64,000 nucleotides of DNA from positions 2,528,001 to 2,592,000 of the forward strand of contig CAWGMQ010000010.1 of the NCBI GenBank assembly GCA_963823665.1, written 5' to 3'. Position 1 is the stretch's first letter, and the number at the start of each line of letters is the position of its first letter. The notes under the pieces were generated by a model. That model had not been told where the DNA came from, searched no databases, and saw only the letters and a program-made list of their open reading frames with translations. Origin of the DNA: an uncultured Planctomycetota bacterium (GTDB lineage: Bacteria > Planctomycetota > Planctomycetia > Isosphaerales > Isosphaeraceae). Shown in pieces: positions 42,125 through 53,788 of this stretch. A program made the translations under genes and the position numbers.

Positions 42125-42474
42125 CAGGGGTGCGACTCCGGAGGCTGCGGGATCAAGGGTTCCAATTGTTCGAGCAGTTGATCTGCCTTGGTGGTGGCGA
42201 TATTCCACACAATATCGAGCTTAACGTTCTCGTAGCCATGAATGATTCGATTGCGCGTGCCGATGATGTCGCGCCACGGTATTTCAGAGTGAGCTTGACG
42301 AAACTCGGGTGATAGGCGGGTTGCCGCTTCACCGATCAGTGCGGTCGCATGAAGAACCGCATACTGCAAGACTTCGTCGCTCTGGAGCTCGTCAAATGTC
42401 CTGCCCGCGACGAATCGCCGCAGCTTGCGACAGGCAAGGACGATGTCGAGGATTGAACCCGGGTCACGATCCAT
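42124..42474 (-). CDS. HepT-like HEPN RNase toxin (DUF86)
   Basis: IGEAA...IPWRDIIGTRNRIIHGY (RX4HXY). Confidence 0.92.
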   Translation of the reverse strand: MDRDPGSILDIVLACRKLRRFVAGRTFDELQSDEVLQYAVLHATALIGEAATRLSPEFRQAHSEIPWRDIIGTRNRIIHGYENVKLDIVWNIATTKADQLLEQLEPLIPQPPESHP

Positions 42475-42796
42475 AGATCACCTGCGCTGTCTCGAGAATG
42501 TGGTTCCTTCGTATCCAATTCTCGCTCTGCAGGACGCTCTCCTTCGTAACGACGTCGACCTCGCGGCCGACCAAGGCGCTGAGGTCGTTTTCGAGTTGCT
42601 GTACTCTTGACATCCAGGGTCCGTAATCATCGTTTCGAAACACGACCATGAAGTCGACGTCGCTCTCAGGGCCGAAGTCGTCGCGCAGGAATGACCCGAA
42701 TACGAATAGCTGGACCACGTCAGACATGCGGCAGATTTCGGCTATTCGGTCCAGCGGCAATCGAATGCCGTTCCGCTCGATCGGTTGGGTGATCAT
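42464..42796 (-). CDS. MntA-like minimal nucleotidyltransferase antitoxin
   Basis: FGSFLRDDFGPESDVDFMV...GREVDVVT. Confidence 0.92.
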   Translation of the reverse strand: MITQPIERNGIRLPLDRIAEICRMSDVVQLFVFGSFLRDDFGPESDVDFMVVFRNDDYGPWMSRVQQLENDLSALVGREVDVVTKESVLQSENWIRRNHILETAQVIYGS

Positions 42797-42828
42797 GGTG
42801 GTGTTTCCCTCGTTTCGTGAGGCAATTG

Positions 42829-45800
42829 TCAGGCTGAAGCCTGACCTACTTTTTCGGGCTTTCCGGCAGGGACCGAACGAATTTGTTCCAGGACTTCGTA
42901 TGGGTCGGTGACCTCCAGGAATCTCCAGCGGCCGAAGGCGCCGTGGTTGTTGACGGCCGGCACCCAGAGGGTGCGCGCCGTCATCACCTTGGCAGCTTTT
43001 TCCTTCTTCTTTTCGCCGGTCACTTCGATGATCAGGTTCAGCGGGTCGAGCAGGCCGCGGCCGTCGTCGAGCACGGCTACGAAGTCAGGGTGGTACTGAT
43101 GCTCCTCACCGTTGATTGTATAGGGGATCGTGAAGCCGAGGTTGTGGTTCTTCGACGTAGCGGATCACCTCGTCCATGTCTCTTCCAGGGTTTGGGCCAT
43201 CTTTTGCTCCCAGCTGTCGGTGTCGGCGACGACGTGGGAGACGTGGCACTTGTCGGCGCGAGTGGCGAAAACCGGGCCGGGTCGTGTCGAAATCGACGTA
43301 GCGGGTCGAGCCGATCGTGTCGTACGGACGGAGGATCGGCCGGAGCGATGGCGGTCCGTCCGGCGAACCTTTGGAGCCGCGCACGATCGCGCCGTAGATC
43401 CGGTCGGCGGCGTCGTGGGCAAACTCGACCAGGAGCAGGAGCTGCGGGAACGTGTGGTCCTTGCAGTGGACGTAACCTCTCGAGCCATCGCTTGGCAATC
43501 GCGAGCACCTGCGGGAACAACCAGGCCTGCACCTCGCTGTCGAATCGGTGGACGGCGGTCTTCTCTTTGCCGGATCTCGCCGTCCTGGCGGAAGTATTTC
43601 TCCAAGCGTGAGCTTGGCCAGCAGGAACGCGACCTCGCTCGGGCGGCGCTTCTTGAGATCGTCGAGCGAGTGGATGCTGCTTTCGCCCACGATCGGGGCG
43701 TTCTCGGTCTTGATCGGGATGTCGGCCGTCGTGAGCGTCAGCCGCGAGTCGTCGGTGAACTCGGGCGTTAGCTTCCTTGTGGGTAGCTCGTAGCGGTAGC
43801 CGAGCAGGCGCGGGAAGGTGATCTCGCAGGCGAGCCGGCTCTCGAGGGCGCGGACGCGGGTCGGCATCGGGCCGGGCTTGGGGTTGGCGATCGAGCCGGA
43901 GCAGGGGATGAACGAGAACGGCACGCCGTAGATCTCGGCGTATTCGGGCTCGAACCGCCCTTCCGCGTTGGCGGCGTAGCTCATTCGTCGCAGGGCGCGG
44001 CCGACGACCTGCTCGCAAAGAAGCTGGGTGCCGAAGGCACGCACGCCCAGGACGTGGGTGACGGTGTTGGCGTCCCAGCCTTCGGTGAGCATCGAGACGC
44101 TGACGACGCACTTGACGTGCTCGCCGAGCTTGCCGGGCTTGCCGACGGTGTTCATGACCTCGCGGAGCAGGTCTTCCTCGGTGAGCTGTCGGCGTCGCGG
44201 CCCGGGAAATCGGGCGCGGTACTCGGCCTTGAATTCCTCGATCTCGCGAGCGGCGATCTTCTTGAAGTCGGCGCTCATGCCCTCGCCGGATTCGAGCTGC
44301 TCGCTGTCGACCAGGATCGTGTTGGGGCGCGGGCTCCAGCGTCCGTCTTTCTCGTTGTTGAAGAGCGGCAACCGGCCGGGGACGACGATGGTTTCGGTGT
44401 CGGAAATCGACCTTTTCCCAGCCGGAGATGTAGTTGAAGACCAGCTTCGAAACGTTGGTGTTGTTGCAGACGACGATGAAGACTGGGGGTGTGATTCCCT
44501 TGGCCTGGGCGTCGGCGTTTTGCTCCCAGAGCTCGTGGTACTTCTTGTAGTTGCCGTACAGGCTCTGGATGGCCCCTTCGAGCTCGGCGGGAAGCTTTGG
44601 TTCTTCGTCGAGCTCTTCGGTCTTCCGGCCTTTCCTGGGAAGGTGCTCGCGGATGCGGAGCCAGAGGTCGCGGTAGGTGGGCTGGTCGCCCTGCATCGAG
44701 TCGTCGGAGACCGGGACGCGGGGGACTTTGACGATGCCGGATTCGATCGCGTCGATCAGGGAGAAGTCGGAGACGACCCAGGGGAAGAGCGTTCCCTCGG
44801 GGTAGCCTGAGCCGCGGAGGAAGAACGGGGTGGCCGAGAGGTCGAAGATCGCCCGGACGCCGATCTTGGCTTTGACGGCCTCGATGCCGGAGATCCAGAT
44901 TCGGGCTTCATTGTCGCGTTTCTCAGCCTCTTTGCGATCGTCGCCGATCAGCGTCTCGGCTGCTTCGGGGTCCTCCGGCTTGCGGCGGTAGCAGTGGTGG
45001 GCTTCGTCGTTGATGACGATGATGTTCTTCTTGGTGCCCAGCTCGCGGCAGACGCGGCGGACCATCTGATCGGGAGACTCGGTGAAGATGCCGGGCGTGC
45101 CCTCGGAGAGGATTCCCTTGGTGACCTTGCCGGCGCTGATCTTCTCGCGAAGCTGGAAGGCGTGAAAGTTGGTGATGACGATCCGGGCCTGGCCGAGCTT
45201 TTCAAGCTGATGGCCGGGTACGATGTCGCGCAGGCGGTAGTAGTTGTTGGGGTCGTTGGGGAGCAGGACGCGTAGGCGGTCGCGGATGGTGATGCCGGGG
45301 CTCACGATCAGGAACGTGTCGCCGAAGCGGGCGTCGTGGGGGTTAGCCAGTTTGTTGAGCGACTGCCAGGCGATCAGCATGGCCATGACGACGGTTTTGC
45401 CCGAGCCGGTGGCCATCTTGAAGGCGAAGCGCGGCAGGCCGGGATTTGACGTGTCGTTGCCTTTGCGGACGTCTTCTTCGATCGAGGCGTCGCCGAATTT
45501 CCGGGCGACCTCGTTGATGTAGATGATCGTTTCCAGCGCCTCGATCTGGCAGAAGAAGAGCTTTCGCTCACGTTCGGGGTCGGTCCAGTATTTCAGGAGC
45601 GCGGTCGTCGTGGGGGTGACGCCGATGTGGCCCCCTTCACGCCACATGCCGACTCGACGGCGGATGTGGTTGACGCTCTTGTTTTCTTCGATGCGGTCTT
45701 GGGTCCATTCGGTGTCGAAGACGAGCTGCTTACCCTTTTTCTTCGGGCGGGCGATGGGGATGAAGTAGGAGCTGCTGCGGCGACCGTCGACGATTTCGTT

Positions 45801-45890
45801 GGTGATTCCCTCGTCGGTGAATTTGAAGTGGCGCGCCGGCGCGGCGAAGGGGGAGTTCAGGATCGGGTTTTCAATCAGGGCGTCGGGCAT
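42829..45890 (-). CDS. res: Type III restriction endonuclease Res subunit (several frameshifts)
   Basis: KMATGSGKT, NDEAHH, SATP, MLTEGWD, EQVVGRALRR, C-terminal PDF...IIEVTG. Confidence 0.88.
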
Positions 45891-46892
45891 CGGGCAAGCC
45901 TTGACGGTCATTCGATCGCAGCGGCGGGCTTCGCCGGCTCAGCGCGGCGTTTCTGCACCGTGGGCGCGATGAGCGGGATTTTATCATATGGGAGACCGGG
46001 ATTTCTATTCCTTTGTCCACTGCGGGTGGGAATTGCTCGGTTGTCGGTAGTCGGTGGACAGAGTCCGGTCGTGGCCCCATTGCCTTGAGACGCCTGCGAT
46101 TGGTTGGCGCGGGACATGGCCGGGGCGTGGCCGACAGGGGTGCCGGCGCCACGGCGCCTGCAAAAGTGCGCAAATACAGAGTCAATTTTCTTACTTATTC
46201 GATCTGATCGCTGGAACCCGGATTCTTTCTGGAAATTTCCCGGTCGACGGCGCGTCGAGTCTGCAAAGTCACCGCATACTGTAGAAAGTGAATAAAGGAT
46301 CCGAGCGTGCGACGAAACGCCTTGGCCAGAGGGGAGAACCGCGAGAGAAAGTGAGAGTGAGTTTTTCAAAATCAGTAACATCCAGCGACATTTCGTGACA
46401 TGAAGGAAGAGTTTTCGAAGTCACGCGCCGGTGCATGCCTTCGGAACGAGTTTCTTCCTTACTTAACCACAGCATGGGCGGCAGTTCTTCGCCATCGTTC
46501 CCAGCGTTGGTCACCTGCCTCCACACCGACACGCACAATCACGCCGCTTTCGGTGCTGGTCGCGAATTGAACCGAATCCCTTCGCGGAGCGAACGGCGAC
46601 ATTGGGCTGGCCGCGCCCAGACGCTGGGCTCTGCGGTTTGGCCAGCGCGAGAGCCCCCGTCCGCCGCCGGCGGCGGCACTTTTTCGCACAATTGGGGCTT
46701 TATGCCTCTGGCAGTTCCGATTATGCGGGCGGGCGGAAAAACTTTTTTTGAGATCCGGCAATTTCGGGCAAAAAAAGAAGCGGGTTTGTAGATCATCTCT
46801 GTAAAGGGCTTTGGGAAGTTTGGGGAAATTCTCGGGGTCGCGGGACTTCGGGCCAGGCTTCCAAGCTTATTTGAATAGGAATGTATACTGAT

Positions 46893-49043
46893 ATGGCCTC
46901 TGACGCACAAATCAATGCGAATCGGCGCAATGCGTTGCGTTCGACCGGGCCGACTTCGCCGCGCGGGCGTGCGCGCTCGGCCATGAATAGTCGGAAGCGC
47001 GCGATTCGCTCGGAGCAGGAGAAGCTCGGGCGGGACGAGGGCATTGCGTATGAATCGCGATTCTTTCGCTGGGCCGGGACTTATGCGCCTGAGACCGACC
47101 CCGAGGAGTTTCTGGTGCATTCGAACTTGTTCGTGGCAGGCGAGATGGACCGTGCGGAGCGCGCGTACTTCGAACAAGCTCAGAGCGCGATTGATCAGGC
47201 CGTGGACGTCGAGATCGAAGAGGCACACGACACGGGGAACTTGCTGTTCTCCGATCCGCGAGGAGTGCCGCTGGCGTTGTATGGCACGAGTCGCTTTAAC
47301 AACAGGAAACCGGCGGGACCGTCGTGGGGCAGCGAGACTGCGCCTGCGCTCGAGCCCGGGAAGCTCGTCGGGAAACTGGAATCGAGCGCGATCGGTTGCT
47401 TCTGGATGCTCGGGGTGCTGGAAGAACTGCTTGAGAACGCGCAGAAGCATTTCTGGGCCGCGGGAGATCGGCTGCGGATGATCCGGCTGCTGGGGCGGAA
47501 TCCTGTGGACGGCATCGCAGACCGGCGGGTCGCCGAGGTTTTCGCGGCAAGTCACGCGATTCGGCCGGTGGGCAAACCGTTTGATGATCTACAAAGCGAT
47601 ATGAGCGAACCGGTGCTCGAGGCCCATGTACAGGCCATCAAGGTGAAGTGGCGCGACCTATCGCGCAAAGATGAACCGGAGAAGGCCAGGCAGAGCCTGA
47701 TCGACATGGTGCAGACCGAGATCGAGCGGATCCGGGAGCTTGCCGCGGAGCACGAACAGAATGCCGGAGAGGATGCTGTACGGATACGGGCGCTCAAGGC
47801 GTTCGAGAATAGCCCGAAGGCTGTGGCGCTGCGCCGAGAGTATCTGAAATACAAGGGCTCGCTGGAGCGAGGACTCGTCGCGGTTCGGAGGGAGAAACGG
47901 GCGCGGAAGGCGGATGGCGATGCGGAGGCATTGCCGCCGGTGCCTGGGAAAGATATTAGCCCTTATGACGGGCGGCCGGCGTCTTGGTGGAGGGAGAGCG
48001 TGGGGAAGACAGGACGGAGGGCGGAGGGCGGAGGGGCGGGAGACCTGCGGTCGGGCGGAGGGCGGGGTCTGGAGACCCGCGCCCAACAGGGTGAGACCCG
48101 CGCTCAACACGCGGAAGGCGGGGCGGATTCGGGTGAGTGTGGGAGCGGGGGAGCGATCGCGGCTGGTTGTTCGGGCGCGGCAGTTGAAAGCGACCGTGAG
48201 GCTCGGGCGGGCGGCACACAGAGTGTGCCTGCTACTTCGAATTTGAAGGGCAGGGGGTGGGATTCGGTGGTGGTCGAGGAATCGGACATTGTCGCGTGTG
48301 CGGGGTATCTTCCGGAGAAGTACATCGGCGGCGGGGGCGAGGACGAGACGGCGGCTGCGCTCGGGGATGAGACGGCGGTCGCGATTGAGGACGAGGCTCC
48401 GGCTGCGCTTGGGGATGATGCGCCGAATCCTGGAACGGCGAGCTCTGAATCTGAGAAGGCTGGGGCCTGCGAGAGCCAACAGAAGGCGGAAGATGCGGTT
48501 GAAGTCACGCAGGATGAACTGGCGGAGGATAGTGGTCGGGCGTGCGACGAACAGGTGGGCGAGCATGTTGGGGAGGGCTCAGCTCCTGACAACTGCGAGC
48601 ACCCCGCCGCTGGCGCCGAAGGGGGCGGCACCGCCGGCAAAACGGCAGAAAAATGCGAAAACGAAGCCAATTTGTGTGGTGACGTGTGCATAGCACAACA
48701 TCAAGATATTATTGAAGTTCCGGCGAATTCTGGTGATGTTTCGGGAGTTGACGGTTGTCAAACGAACCCAATTTTTTTGGAAACGAAGCCAATTCCGGAG
48801 GGTGGGCCGGAAGTGGGCGGAGATGGGGGTTCGACAAAGCCCGAGGCACGGCCGCTGACGGAACGTGAGCGGCGGGACGCGTGGAGGGAAATCAGGCGGC
48901 GGGAGTGGATTCGGTCGCGTAGGGAGAAGGAGGCGCGGGAGCGGGAGCAGAGGGCGGCGTTGGATGCCCGGGCGAAGAACGCTGGGGGGACGTCGTCGAC
49001 ATTGGGGGATGCTGTGCCGCCGAACGATGTGCGGGGGCCGTGA
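46893..49043 (+). CDS. Hypothetical protein of the ANRRNAxxSTGP family with low-complexity C-terminus
   Basis: MASDAQINANRRNALRSTGPTSPRGRARSAMN. Confidence 0.75.
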   Translation: MASDAQINANRRNALRSTGPTSPRGRARSAMNSRKRAIRSEQEKLGRDEGIAYESRFFRWAGTYAPETDPEEFLVHSNLFVAGEMDRAERAYFEQAQSAIDQAVDVEIEEAHDTGNLLFSDPRGVPLALYGTSRFNNRKPAGPSWGSETAPALEPGKLVGKLESSAIGCFWMLGVLEELLENAQKHFWAAGDRLRMIRLLGRNPVDGIADRRVAEVFAASHAIRPVGKPFDDLQSDMSEPVLEAHVQAIKVKWRDLSRKDEPEKARQSLIDMVQTEIERIRELAAEHEQNAGEDAVRIRALKAFENSPKAVALRREYLKYKGSLERGLVAVRREKRARKADGDAEALPPVPGKDISPYDGRPASWWRESVGKTGRRAEGGGAGDLRSGGGRGLETRAQQGETRAQHAEGGADSGECGSGGAIAAGCSGAAVESDREARAGGTQSVPATSNLKGRGWDSVVVEESDIVACAGYLPEKYIGGGGEDETAAALGDETAVAIEDEAPAALGDDAPNPGTASSESEKAGACESQQKAEDAVEVTQDELAEDSGRACDEQVGEHVGEGSAPDNCEHPAAGAEGGGTAGKTAEKCENEANLCGDVCIAQHQDIIEVPANSGDVSGVDGCQTNPIFLETKPIPEGGPEVGGDGGSTKPEARPLTERERRDAWREIRRREWIRSRREKEAREREQRAALDARAKNAGGTSSTLGDAVPPNDVRGP

Positions 49044-49110
49044 GCCAACGTGGATCCGGCACACCTTTCGACGCTCTTCAACACTCGGCGGCTGACGGCA
49101 TTTTTCACTG

Positions 49111-50142
49111 TTACTTGGGATTAACCACCTTCCCCAGATCATGCACGAGCGAGCTGATTATCATTGGCAAGTACACCCTGCGCGCCAGGTAATAGTCTGC
49201 TTCGATGCAGCGATCGGCGGCGATCAGCACGTCTTCGGGCTCGAGACGGTTCGCCAGCATCTCGGCCGCGTGCCGGTCGGCTGGATCAGGGCAGGGGGGG
49301 GCCAGCCCCGCGGTCTGCCAGAGTACGCTGCGGAAAAACCGTGCGAGCTCGCCGATCAAGAGGCTCGCGCGCCGGCGCTGCTGGATCGATTCCTTGCCCG
49401 CCTGCTTGATGTAAACCTGCATGCGCTGGCTGAGCTCGGGCGGCTGAAATCCGTGCCCCGCCGCGATCTCGTCGATCAAACTGCGCCGGAACTGCTCAAC
49501 CTCTTGATCCGCCAGGCCAATTGCCCGACTCACGCTTCCCTCCCCGAGTGCGGCCAGCCGCGCCGCGTCTGGCTGGTCGCGGGCAATCCCGCGTTCCAGC
49601 AGCAAGAGCGCGATCTCCGCCTCCGGCAACGCATCAAACCGCACCACGCTCGTGCGCGAGATGATCGTCTCTTTTTGAAGCTCGGCCGATGTGCCGATCA
49701 AGATCAGCACCGCCCCCGCGGGCGGCTCTTCGAGCGTCTTCAAGAACGCGTTGGCCGCCTCGTCGTTCAAGTCGTCGGCATCGTTCAGGATCGCCACCCT
49801 GTGCATGCCCCGCGCGGGCTTGAGCGAGAACTGATCGCACAGCTCGCGGATCACGCTGATCGGCAGCTCGTGCTTGTCGTCGGGCTTGCCGGCCTCATAA
49901 TAATCGGGATGCGTGCCCGCTTCGACCTGAACACAGCCGGCGCAAACACCGCACGGATCAAGCTCCACCTCCGGCCGCGTTTCGCACAGCAAGGTCTGGG
50001 CGAGCTTGCGTGCAAACGCAAGCTTGCCAATCCCTTCCGGGCCCGCGAAGAAAAGCGCATGCGGGAGTCGCCCTTCGCGCAGCGCGGTCCGCAGCGAATC
50101 GGCCACCCGGTCATGCCCTCGGAGGTTCTGCCACGCCATCAC
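49111..50142 (-). CDS. holB: DNA polymerase III delta' subunit
   Basis: HALFFAGPEGIGK, CGVCAGC, AANAFLKTLEEPP; downstream of tmk. Confidence 0.93.
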   Translation of the reverse strand: MMAWQNLRGHDRVADSLRTALREGRLPHALFFAGPEGIGKLAFARKLAQTLLCETRPEVELDPCGVCAGCVQVEAGTHPDYYEAGKPDDKHELPISVIRELCDQFSLKPARGMHRVAILNDADDLNDEAANAFLKTLEEPPAGAVLILIGTSAELQKETIISRTSVVRFDALPEAEIALLLLERGIARDQPDAARLAALGEGSVSRAIGLADQEVEQFRRSLIDEIAAGHGFQPPELSQRMQVYIKQAGKESIQQRRRASLLIGELARFFRSVLWQTAGLAPPCPDPADRHAAEMLANRLEPEDVLIAADRCIEADYYLARRVYLPMIISSLVHDLGKVVNPK

Positions 50143-50834
50143 GAGCCTCGCAACCGGGAAAGCGCCTGTTCGACGGCGCGCTGAATCCGCTTGAAAACCG
50201 TGTCGGAATCCGCGGAGGCGTCAACCACGACGATCGGCGCCGTATATACGGGAGAGCACACATCCGCGTCGCCGGCCTGTTGCTCCTGGCTCTGCGCGGC
50301 GGCGAGATATCCCGCGCGCACCCGCTCGTGATAGAACAGCGGGCGATCCTCGATGCGATCGCGAGGCGCCCCGATCCTGGCCATTGCCTCGGCCGGCGCA
50401 ATGTCGAGCACGATCGTGAGGTCCGGGAGCAGCCCCGCCGTCGCCACCAGCCCGACCATCGCGATCTCTTCCTCGAGCAGGCCCCCGGCACTCCCCTGGT
50501 ACACGATATTGGAAAGGAGGTAGCGGTCCGAGATCACGACCTTGCCCATCGAGAGCGCCGGCTTGATCACGTCTTCGACGAGCTGCGCCCGGCTCGCCAT
50601 GTACAGAAGCATTTCGGCCCGCATCGAGAGCGGCACGGTCACCCGGTCTTGCAAGATGCTGCGCAGGCGGTCTCCCAGGGCAGTTCCGCCGGGGTCACGG
50701 CACGTGACAACGTCAAACCCGCGTTCCTTGAGCCACTCCGCGAGCCGCCGGGCCTGAGTGGTCTTGCCGCCGCCGTCCGGCCCGTCCAGGACCAGAAAAA
50801 GCCCAGGGTGCGCATGCGAGCGATCAATCCCCAT
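50139..50834 (-). CDS. tmk: Thymidylate kinase
   Basis: DGPDGGGKTTQ, RDPGGT, SDRYLLS. Confidence 0.96.
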   Translation of the reverse strand: MGIDRSHAHPGLFLVLDGPDGGGKTTQARRLAEWLKERGFDVVTCRDPGGTALGDRLRSILQDRVTVPLSMRAEMLLYMASRAQLVEDVIKPALSMGKVVISDRYLLSNIVYQGSAGGLLEEEIAMVGLVATAGLLPDLTIVLDIAPAEAMARIGAPRDRIEDRPLFYHERVRAGYLAAAQSQEQQAGDADVCSPVYTAPIVVVDASADSDTVFKRIQRAVEQALSRLRGS

Positions 50835-50835
50835 T

Positions 50836-51294
50836 TCAACCCTTCAACCAGGTGTCGGCCTCGGCGAAAACCTGCTTGATCTTGGTGTGGTACAAGAGCT
50901 CCGAGATTTCGCTGAATGTGCCCCAACGATACCACTGCCCGGTCGGATCTTCGACATGTTCAGCGGAACACGCTATGGATTCGGGGTCGCGCACCTCGAC
51001 GAGGTAGTACGTGACCGTCTTGATCACCTTGCGACCTTTGCGGATGTAAGTGTAGGAAAGCGTGCGTTCGAACCCCTCGCGAAACGACCAGTCAACCAGC
51101 GACGTCTCTTCGGTGAACTCCCGTGCGGCCGCCTGCCGGGTCGATTCACCGGATTCCACGCCCCCCTTGGGAAATTCCCAGCGAGCGCGCGGGTTGCGAA
51201 CCGTCGCCGAGTGCAAGATCAGGAAAAGCGGCTCCTGTCCCGCACGCGGGCAAAAGGGAATCGCACCGGCCGATCGCTCGTGCAACGTGGTCAT
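50836..51294 (-). CDS. NUDIX hydrolase (Ap4A hydrolase-like)
   Basis: WEFPKGGVESGESTRQAAAREFTEET. Confidence 0.9.
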   Translation of the reverse strand: MTTLHERSAGAIPFCPRAGQEPLFLILHSATVRNPRARWEFPKGGVESGESTRQAAAREFTEETSLVDWSFREGFERTLSYTYIRKGRKVIKTVTYYLVEVRDPESIACSAEHVEDPTGQWYRWGTFSEISELLYHTKIKQVFAEADTWLKG

Positions 51295-51644
51295 TTCCTG
51301 GGGCGACGGAACGGCGGTTCCTCCCCGCACTGGCCGCGCAGCGGGTCTTTCTCGGAACCGGCGGCCGCGTCATCGGCCGTGGCCACCATCCCGAGCACCG
51401 AACCCGCTTCCACTCGATCGTCTTCCAGACCACAGATCTCGGCCAGACGCCCAGTAACCGGCGAGGGAACGTCGAACGTGGCGGGCCCGACCAGCACTTC
51501 CACCAGCCGCTCACCCTCCCAAACTCGCCCCCCACGCCCCACAAACCAGTGAGTGACAATGATCGGCACGTCCGGACCGGTACCCAGGTCGGGCAGGATC
51601 ACTGCTGCCAAACGCATGGTGAAACCCGTCTCGTCTTCTCTCAT
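51291..51644 (-). CDS. Stand-alone biotin/lipoyl-like domain protein
   Basis: EGERLVEVLVGPATFDVPSPVTGRL; the usual attachment Lys is absent. Confidence 0.75.
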   Translation of the reverse strand: MREDETGFTMRLAAVILPDLGTGPDVPIIVTHWFVGRGGRVWEGERLVEVLVGPATFDVPSPVTGRLAEICGLEDDRVEAGSVLGMVATADDAAAGSEKDPLRGQCGEEPPFRRPRK

Positions 51645-52025
51645 CCAGTGCTTTTCGGATCGAGCCGCGCCCTCTTCACGAGGCGACGATCACGACTCGA
51701 TCGCTTCAATTCTAGCCTATCTGGCGAGCCCCGGTTTCGCCAGATCGATGTCACAAGAGATTGATGAAGAAATGGCGAGAACCCCATCCCCAGAAGCCCT
51801 GCCGAATCGATCACACTTGCCGCAACCCTTTATATTCCCAAATTCTACAGGTTTCGCGCCCAAGGCACCTGGAAAAACCCGAAGTGCCCTGAAGCAACGG
51901 CTTTCGGGCAGCGGGGGAACCAAATCCAGTGGGCGGCCGGACGGAAATTGCGGGAAAGAGGGACGCGCCGGTGCGTCGGCTTCCAATACACTGTGAACGC
52001 AACGAGTTGTCGGGGAGATTGAGTC

Positions 52026-53348
52026 ATGGCCGCAGGGTTGAGCCGGGAGGTGGTCAGGAACTTGACGACGCTGTGCACGGCGGGCGTGTTCGGCAACCTG
52101 AGTGATGAACAGCTCCTGGATCGCTTCATCGAGCTGAGTGGCGACGTTGCCGAGGCGGCGTTTGCAACCCTGGTGCAACGTCACGGCGCGATGGTCCTGG
52201 GCGTTTGTCATCGCATTCTGCGCGACAGCCACGCGGCCGAGGACGCGTTCCAGGCGACGTTCCTGGTGCTCGCCCGCAAGGCCACGTCGGTCGTGCCGCG
52301 CGATCGCGTCGCGAACTGGCTCTACGGCGTCGCGTACCGCACGGCGAACGAGTCGAGGGTTCGCGCGGCGCGGCGGCTTGCGAGGGAGGCAAAGGTGGCT
52401 CGACGGCCGCTCGATCAGTCGCCTGGCGAGAGTTCGCACCCCGATCTGCGAGAAATACTTGACGACGAGCTGGCCGCCCTGCCTTCGCGGTATCGCGGCC
52501 CACTCGTTCTCTGCGAGCTCGAGGGCCTCAGTCGCCAGGATGCCGCCCGGCGCTTGGCGATTCGCGAAGGGACTCTTTCGAGCAGGCTCGCACGCGGGAA
52601 GGCCCGATTGCGCGAGCGACTGGCTCGCCGCGGATTCGAGCCGCCCGGCGGCGCGGTTCCGTTTGTTCTGATACGCGAAGCAACCGCCACGATGCTCAAC
52701 GACCGTCTCATTGATTCCACTGCTCGGGCTGCGATGCGCGTCGCGGCCGGTGTCTCCACGGCCGCGGTCGTTTCGACCTCGGTCGTCTCACTTACCGAAG
52801 GAGTTCTCAAAAGCATGCTGCTTTCAAAGATCAAAGGAATCGCCCTGATCGTCGGGTCTTCAGTCGCCGTCGTCTCGGGCGCCGTCGCACTCGGGCAAAC
52901 TGGTCCCGGGCCGCAAGCGACCCGGCCGGCGGACGCCGACCGAATGACCGTCATGGAACGAAAACTCGACCGGATCATCGACGCCCTCGATCGAATGACC
53001 GGGTCGATGCCCGTCTCAAGCACTGTAACCAAGCCCGCCGCGCCATTCGAAAGACTCGCAGATGCAGTCGATGATGATCGGAGAAAAGAACCGGTCCCCA
53101 AGGTCGGCGCGAGCCAGCCGGCCCTTGATGTCGTAAGGCAGGAGAGATGGAGGAAACCCGCGACAGGTCTCCAGCCGCCTGGCCTGGCCGAGCGCGTTGA
53201 GTCGGTTGAGCGAGATTTACACGCTGTACAGCGGCTTCTCGAGCAACTTGATGGCCGCGTGAAAGATCTCGAACGAGCCGCTCTCGGGGCGAGCGATAGG
53301 CGGTCGGATGGCGGAGCCGGAATACATCCGCCGACTGCCAAGCCTTGA
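52026..53348 (+). CDS. ECF sigma factor with C-terminal extension
   Basis: SDEQLLDRF, AEDAFQATFLVLARKA, GTLSSRLARG. Confidence 0.92.
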   Translation: MAAGLSREVVRNLTTLCTAGVFGNLSDEQLLDRFIELSGDVAEAAFATLVQRHGAMVLGVCHRILRDSHAAEDAFQATFLVLARKATSVVPRDRVANWLYGVAYRTANESRVRAARRLAREAKVARRPLDQSPGESSHPDLREILDDELAALPSRYRGPLVLCELEGLSRQDAARRLAIREGTLSSRLARGKARLRERLARRGFEPPGGAVPFVLIREATATMLNDRLIDSTARAAMRVAAGVSTAAVVSTSVVSLTEGVLKSMLLSKIKGIALIVGSSVAVVSGAVALGQTGPGPQATRPADADRMTVMERKLDRIIDALDRMTGSMPVSSTVTKPAAPFERLADAVDDDRRKEPVPKVGASQPALDVVRQERWRKPATGLQPPGLAERVESVERDLHAVQRLLEQLDGRVKDLERAALGASDRRSDGGAGIHPPTAKP

Positions 53349-53788
53349 CGCGCTCGGTTGCTGCCGCGACCTGATATAGCGAGCTGTCGCGGAGAACCCT
53401 TTCTGCACCGCCCGGCCGCGGCGATTGAAGGATCCCCGCGTGGCCGAGCGGTTCGTTGCGCCCCTTCGGCCACGCTCGGCCACGGGGGCGTACCGCCACC
53501 CGCTTCAAAACACGTGGTAGGTATGGGGTCAGGGCGGGTCGGATCTTGTGATAACCACGCGCGGGGAATAGGATATTGAATGAACTAATTCGGCGTTCGG
53601 TCGACGCTTACTTGCCGAGTCGAGAAACAATTGAAAACCGCCTCGGCCCAGAGGCCAGCGTCGGTTCAATGTGTCGCCTCGCCACGGGCAGGGTCACATT
53701 GCGGTGGCAACCTCCTGGCCCAACGGCGGGAAACGCCGCGATGAGAACGTCTCGAGAGTCGACAGCAGCCTCAAATCAAGGAGATGGT

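Noticed and set aside
925..45890. Programmed frameshifting or phase variation in kinase, ECF, DUF47, RHS and res
   Set aside because: Indels are scattered over unrelated genes with no shared slippery motif; assembly error is the simpler explanation and needs reads to test
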